In this document: piece after piece, positions 59,701 to 64,000 of the stretch
Position numbering within the stretch: position 1 is the first letter of the stretch
Layout of the letters: the number at the start of each line of letters is the position of its first letter
DNA from: Planctomycetota bacterium
GTDB taxonomy: Bacteria; Planctomycetota; B15-G4
NCBI GenBank assembly: GCA_965248575.1
Contig: CBDFJQ010000002.1
Location: forward strand, 1,696,001-1,760,000
Direction of reading: 5' to 3'
DNA: 64,000 nt
Made by a program: the position numbers and the translations under genes
The notes under the pieces: model-generated
Seen by the model: the letters and a program-made list of their open reading frames with translations, nothing else
The model's database searches: none
What the model was told of the DNA's origin: nothing

Positions 59701-60214
59701 CGTCCTGGTCGAGGTCCGACAGCAAGGTCGCGTAGGCCAGCCGGGTGGGGTAGCTGTCGGGGGCCAGTTCCCATGCCCGTTGAACAGCGGCTAACGCAAC
59801 CTCCGGCTCGCCCTCGTCCTTCGCCAAGCGGTAGCGCGCCCAGTGGTAGCGCGGGTCGTTGTCGAGCGCGGCGCCGACCCGGGCCAACAGCGCGCCGGCT
59901 GCTCGCGTGTCATGGGACTCCAACTCGATCAGGGCTGCGCGCAGGAGGTCTTCCGGCTCGACATCAGCACCCGAGTCCCCAGAGACCAGGGGCTGGACCG
60001 CCTCGCGAGCCAGCTCCCAACGCTCCTCGCTGAACAGGGCTGCGGCTCGATCCCGGGCCACCAGGAGCGCCAGATCCTGCTCCTCGGAGCGCGCCGTTCC
60101 CGGTGCTGAGGAGGCCTCGCCAGCCTCCTGGGAGCTCTCCCCGCAAGCAGACAGGCCGACGGCCCCCACCAGCAGCAACAGCAAACACCAAGACCTCCAA
60201 AGCGCGTAACCCAT
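56768..60214 (-). CDS. Lipoprotein with TPR, FG-GAP/CRTAC1, ASPIC/UnbV and a conserved C-terminal domain
   Basis: Lipobox GLSAC and a TPR helical region. Repeated DxDxDGDxDL motifs, GRGAIVEVRAG...GLG...RITWPNG (ASPIC), then GSCPFLYAW, EELREVTYLD and GWAKD. Start taken at ATG 60214. Confidence 0.85.
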   Translation of the reverse strand: MGYALWRSWCLLLLLVGAVGLSACGESSQEAGEASSAPGTARSEEQDLALLVARDRAAALFSEERWELAREAVQPLVSGDSGADVEPEDLLRAALIELESHDTRAAGALLARVGAALDNDPRYHWARYRLAKDEGEPEVALAAVQRAWELAPDSYPTRLAYATLLSDLDQDDAAEGHLRALAERGEAFGGSWYPTVAYKLSRVLIFQGLQEEALRWADVCADLNERGILAPGPAEFDRGDLGLLPAPPPSPRLVKETPGLPAGSLVEWVGINDLGEVDAFFPMTLRLPETAADDKVGNELEVRYAAHEEPSLLLAGEVLALARRAPSGVWLAETLLETPVDAAIALDADRDGDLDLVFAGNGALELMVNHRVHEQARSEQDSWVRQSEPLLQLPGVATDLAVVDYDHEGDVDLLVVGSFGVRLLRNDGFGADAEQDEQAEWIGFTEATTDAGLPRDQPASWCQVEDFDVDQDVDLLLGLDSGPFLASNERGGHFSDQSSKLPDFVGKSEPWVGDVDGDGRPDLFSADGEGVLHVARAAGGWISVPSGVLAAEEFAPGAVQAVDLFFEGFPSLLWPGPAGSLASVRELVGGERAPLALPAGAHASLAVVDVEGDLKPDLLWFAQGTVASARASRPGATSLRLTLQGIKDEPRGRGAIVEVRAGPHYQRLYSRGEPLLIGLGGREQADVLRITWPNGVVQNVLDLQAGQGYLVQQKEGLVGSCPFLYAWNGETYGFLTDVLGGTPLGLPMVPGQLVPPDHDEFVLLTGEQLRPKDGVYEVQLTEELREVTYLDRVRLDVVDHPAGTEAHPNERFCFPPFPEEHLYVLEAPLAPLRAVDDQGRDWTDSLGRHDGQLATPYTSLGGQFLGLSPAHSLELSFDANELPATGPLRLALTGWFLWTDASVNVAAARDPDVSFEPPVFSVPDGAGGWRPLGPAPGFPAGKAKTMVLDVSDWLVRDDPRVRIETTLCLAWDAVRLAVGEDGPSRVTAVEADGARLWRRGFSAPSGLADEPLLETYDWDRLAAVPRWNQHPGRYTRYGDVLPLLGEADDRSVIFGSGDALTLRFPALAVPELPEGWTRSYLLYLDGWAKDRDPNTERALTVEPLPFHGMSGYPYGPDEIFPDDTAHQEWRRLWNTRPAYHWIQPLTLR

Positions 60215-60425
60215 GGGTAGCTTTCTCACGTCCTTCACTTCAAGGGGCACCTCGTAAGGCACCAGCGAACTGCTGGCGTCGGGACTCAGGACGGATGTCC
60301 GCATCGGCCGATGCAAGCAGTACGATGTGTGGTTCATGTGGCCATCGGAGCATGGCGTCCGGCCGGAGCCAAGAGTCTGCCCCAGAACCACGCTCTCCTT
60401 CGTTCCATACCCAGGCATCGCTCTC

Positions 60426-63353
60426 ATGTTTCCTGCTCCTTGGAATCACCTCGAATCACCTGCCCGTGCCCCAGCCCGCTGGTCTGGCTTGGCAACGACG
60501 CTCCTGCTGTGCTGCATGGCGCTGTCCTGCGGAGACTCCGAGGCCCCCACATCCGAGAGCGGATCGGCCGGCAGTTCGGTCAATCTGCCCGACTCGGTGA
60601 CCGTCGCCGTCCCCGACACGCCGCTGGTCCACATGGAATTGGTGGAGGACCTCTCCGAAGAGGTGGCCAACGAGATGCTTGGCTTCGCTGACAAGCTGCG
60701 ACGTCGCGATTTCACGGCAGCTGCGGATTGGCTCGCTCCAGACTTCGTCGGACACGCGCTGGTGGGCTTGAGCCCCGACAGCACCGACTCCCTGCCGCTC
60801 GATGCCACGCGCACGGCCTACCTACGGGACAGCGCGCCGATCGTGGGGCGGGCAGATTTCCTGGCCGGACTGAAGTCCGTGATCGGGCCCTGGGAGCGGG
60901 TCGAGTACGCGCAATGGAAGGTGAAGGGCGCCGAGTTTCAGATCGGCAAGCCCCGTTGGGGGCGCATCAAGTACCGCATCACCTTTCTCGGCAGCTCCGA
61001 GGACGGCGGCCCCCGCTCGCTCGTGGCTTGGGGCTATGGGCGCCAGGTCTTCCTGAACGGAGCCTGGAAGCTGCAGGCCTTCGAGCTCACGTCGCTCACT
61101 GAAGAGCAACGCGCGGCCCCCCTGTTCACGGATGTCAGCGCCACGGCAGGCGTGGCCCACGCAGGCATCCGCTTCGGCCAGGCGGGCAACAACAGCTTCG
61201 CGTGGAACGGCGCGGCTGCCGGTGATGTGAACGGCGACGGGCTGGTGGACCTGTTCCTACCCAGTCACCCCGCCAACTTCCTCTATGTGGCTCGCGCCGA
61301 AGGGGGCTTCTCGAACGAGGCCGACTCACGAGGCGTGGACAAACCGGCCGGCGGCACCGGTCCGGTGTTCTTCGACTGGGACAACGACGGCGACCAGGAC
61401 CTGGCTCTCGCCGACGTCGGCTGGACCGACCGGGACGGCAGCGTCAAAGGCAACCCGCTACGGCTCTACGTAAACGACGGTTCGGGCCAGTTCACGGAGC
61501 GCGGTGCAGAGTTCGGCTTCAACGCCCTCTGCTACGGCTACTCCCTCACGGCGCTGGACCACACGCTGGACGGGGCCCTCGACCTGTTCGTGTCCAACTA
61601 TGGTCGGGTGGCCGGCGAGCCGAACAACTCCTGGACCGACGCGTCCAACGGCATGTCGAACATGCTGTTCCAGAACACGGCTGGTACGGGCTTCACCGAC
61701 GTGACGGTCGACGCCGGGCTCACGGACACTCGCTGGACCTACGCCGCGGCCGCCGCCGACCAGGACCTCGACGGCGACCAGGACATCTACGTCGCGAACG
61801 ACTACGCCCGCAACATCTTCTGGCAGAACCAGGGCGATGGCAGCTTCCGGGACGCCGCCAACGACGAGGGCATCAGCGACCTCGGCAACGGCATGGGCAC
61901 GGCCTGGGGAGACCTCGACAACGACGGCCAGCTCGACCTCTACGTGGCCAACATGAGCTCCACGGCGGGCAACCGCATCCTGGGCCGGCTCGAGAAACAG
62001 GACGACGGCGAGACCCAGGACCTGCTGAAGATGGCAGGCGGCAACTCGATCTTCCTGGGCAACACGAGCCTGAGCCCTGAGCCTGAGTCGGGCGACGACG
62101 TGGTTGGGGTCGGACGCAACTTCGAACGGGTCCCCAAGACGCAAGGAGGGGTGGGCGCCAGCTGGGCCTGGAGCCCGGCTGTGGCCGACCTCAACCTGGA
62201 CGGTTGCCTGGACCTCTTCTGCGCCAACGGCTTCGTCACCGGCGATACCGCGGCCGACACCTGAAGCACCTACTGGCGCCACGTTGTGGCGTCCTCAGTC
62301 GATGTCCAAGCAGAAGAGAGCATCACCGCAGCACAGGACGTGAACAGCTCGTCCTACCTCGGGCTGCACAACGCCCAGATCTACAAGGACGGCTTGTCCT
62401 TCAGCGGGTCGGAGCGGGACAAGGTCTGGATCAGTCGCGGGCCCGGCCAGGGCTTTGCCGACCTGTCTGATCTCTCCGGCGCCGATGACCCGAACGATGG
62501 TCGCGCCGTCGTGGCGGCCGACTTTGACGACGACGGCGACGTCGACCTCTTCGTGCACAACATCCAGCGCGAACGGCACAAGCTGTTTCGCAACGACGCC
62601 GTGTCCGCTGGCGCCCAAGGTAGCCACTTCCTGAAGCTGAAGCTGCGCGCCACGAGCACCCAGTACGAAGCTGTGGGCGCCTTGGTGGTGGTGACCGGCC
62701 CCCACGGACCGACAGGGCAAGTCCTCTCGCGCGGCGCCGGCTTCGAGTCCTGCCAGGCCGACGAACTCGTCTTTGGCCTCGGGGAGCAGGACACGGCCCA
62801 GGTGGAGGTGGTCTGGCCCGGCGGCAAGCGGGAGTCCTTCGGCCAGCTTCCCAACGGTGCTCGCATGCTGTTGGTGGAAGGCAGCGCAGAGGGCACGCCC
62901 TATGCTGCCCAGCCCCGTCCCCTGCCCGACCCCTTGCCGCCCGGTCTGCTGCTCGAAGAGGGCGACATGCTGCCGACGCTCCTGCTGACTAGCGGCGACG
63001 GACAGGCAGCCTCCTTGGATGTGCGGACACTTGCGGACGGCAAGCCGCTCTTCCTCAACTTGTGGGCCAGCTACTGCGCCCCCTGCGTGGCAGAGATTCC
63101 AGACCTGCAGGCCTTGCAGGATGCGGGCGAGGTGCGCGTCGTGGGTGTCAGCGTGGACGCGCCGGGCTCCCGGGAGTCAGCTGAGGCGCTGCTCAAGAAG
63201 CGCGGTGGCAACTACCCTTCCTTCTATCTGGACGAAGACGCCGGAGGACTGGAAGCCCTGGTGGACCTGGAACGGCTGCCGATCCCTACGACGCTCGTGA
63301 TCAGTGCCGAAGGGCGCATCGAGAGCATCATGAGGGGCCCCATCGGGCGCTGA
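60426..63353 (+). CDS. Putative selenoprotein: lipoprotein with FG-GAP/CRTAC1 propeller, in-frame UGA (Sec), ASPIC/UnbV and C-terminal TlpA-like thioredoxin domain
   Basis: ORFs 60327-62264 and 62286-63353 share a frame and the TGA at 62262-62264 is the only stop between them. Read-through gives ...FVTGDTAADT-U-STYWRHVV...SFSGSERD. FG-GAP repeats lie on both sides, then an ASPIC motif (FGLG...EVVWPGG) and WASYCAPC. Lipobox ALSC; the exact start is uncertain. Confidence 0.75.
62265..62306 (+). other. Candidate bacterial SECIS element
   Basis: Hairpin G-CGCCAC/GTT/GTGGCG-T at 62276-62292. The apical loop starts with G, 18 nt after the UGA. A lower pairing of CTGA (62261-62264) with TCAG (62295-62298) is possible. 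Confidence 0.65.
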
Positions 63354-63553
63354 GTGCCCGTTGAGCCATCGCTGAAAGCCGCTCGTCGATGCTCGGCTCT
63401 CCAGAGCAGATCTCGGCCTGAGGGAGCGCGCTTGAGTTCCGCGCGTGTTCTTGACGAAGGCAGCGCAGTCAGCTCAGCCCGAGCAGGGCATACTGGTGGA
63501 AAGCCGCCAGCCCGCTCTGACCTCGAACCCCGAATCGAATGGCTTCACCCATC

Positions 63554-64000
63554 ATGCTGCGTGGACGACCTGCTCGTGCCCTGCTGGCCCTCGCCGTGCT
63601 TGGGTGGCTGGGGTCCGGCCAGCTCCAGGCCCAGTTCAGCCTCACGGGTGAGGTCCTGCACGAAGACCCGGTCAACATCCTGCTGATCATTGCGGACGAC
63701 CTGGGCGTAGAAGGCGTGGGCGTGTATGGCGAGCACCCGAACCCGCCGCGCACACCGAACATCGATGCCCTGGCTTCCAGGGGGCTGCTGTTCCGGAACT
63801 GTTGGGCCAATCCCGGTTGCTCCCCCACCCGCGCCACCCTGCTCACAGGCCGTTACTCCTTCCGCACCGGCATCGGCCAGGCCATCAACTACTTCTTGAG
63901 CCCGATCGAGCTCTCACCCAAGGAGGTGGGGCTGCCCCAGGTGCTCGACAGTCGCTACCGCAAGGTCGCGTTCGGCAAGTGGCACCTGGCCAAGCTCAGC
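63554..64000 (+). CDS. Cys-type arylsulfatase, truncated by the window end (not in the ORF track)
   Basis: My translation: MLRGRPARALLALAVLGWLGSGQLQA (signal)...VNILLIIADDLG...RTPNIDALA...CSPTRATLLTGRY...GKWHL. An alternative in-frame ATG lies at 63539. Confidence 0.9.
   Translation, partial: MLRGRPARALLALAVLGWLGSGQLQAQFSLTGEVLHEDPVNILLIIADDLGVEGVGVYGEHPNPPRTPNIDALASRGLLFRNCWANPGCSPTRATLLTGRYSFRTGIGQAINYFLSPIELSPKEVGLPQVLDSRYRKVAFGKWHLAKLS

Noticed and set aside
56732..59794. 1020-aa plus-strand ORF
   Set aside because: Antisense shadow of the motif-rich FG-GAP lipoprotein gene. It has no recognisable domains, and long antisense ORFs are expected in high-GC DNA.
62286..63353. Independent 355-aa gene, or a pseudogene split
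   Set aside because: The GTG lies inside the hairpin and has no RBS, and the protein would begin mid-propeller without a signal peptide. Read-through is favoured, though a nonsense mutation or sequencing error is not excluded.

Overview
A GC-rich (roughly two-thirds by eye), gene-dense chromosomal window. The gene content suggests a Planctomycetota-type bacterium, which is an inference from the PurS-fused PurL, FG-GAP/ASPIC lipoproteins, sulfatases, secreted HEAT-repeat and prenyltransferase-repeat proteins and an ECF sigma/anti-sigma pair. From left to right it holds: clpX-rlmN; an ECF sigma with a zinc anti-sigma; accA; purL-purQ; an M20 deacetylase; a 13-gene type IV pilus/type II secretion-like operon bracketed by two paralogous minor-pilin trios; HEAT-repeat, prenyltransferase-repeat and radical SAM/SPASM genes; typA; gdhA; parA-lpxK-GT-C; a B12 radical SAM gene with a heterodimeric ABC exporter; a cell-surface glycan modification region; a LysW-like carrier with a non-canonical tail; a Tat glycosylasparaginase; and two divergent FG-GAP/ASPIC lipoprotein genes. 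The top finding is that the ORFs at 60327-62264 and 62286-63353 are in the same frame and are separated only by one TGA (62262-62264), which is followed by a bacterial SECIS-like hairpin. This points to a single ~975-aa secreted selenoprotein (FG-GAP propeller-Sec-ASPIC/UnbV-TlpA thioredoxin). I saw no rRNA, tRNA, CRISPR array or mobile element.
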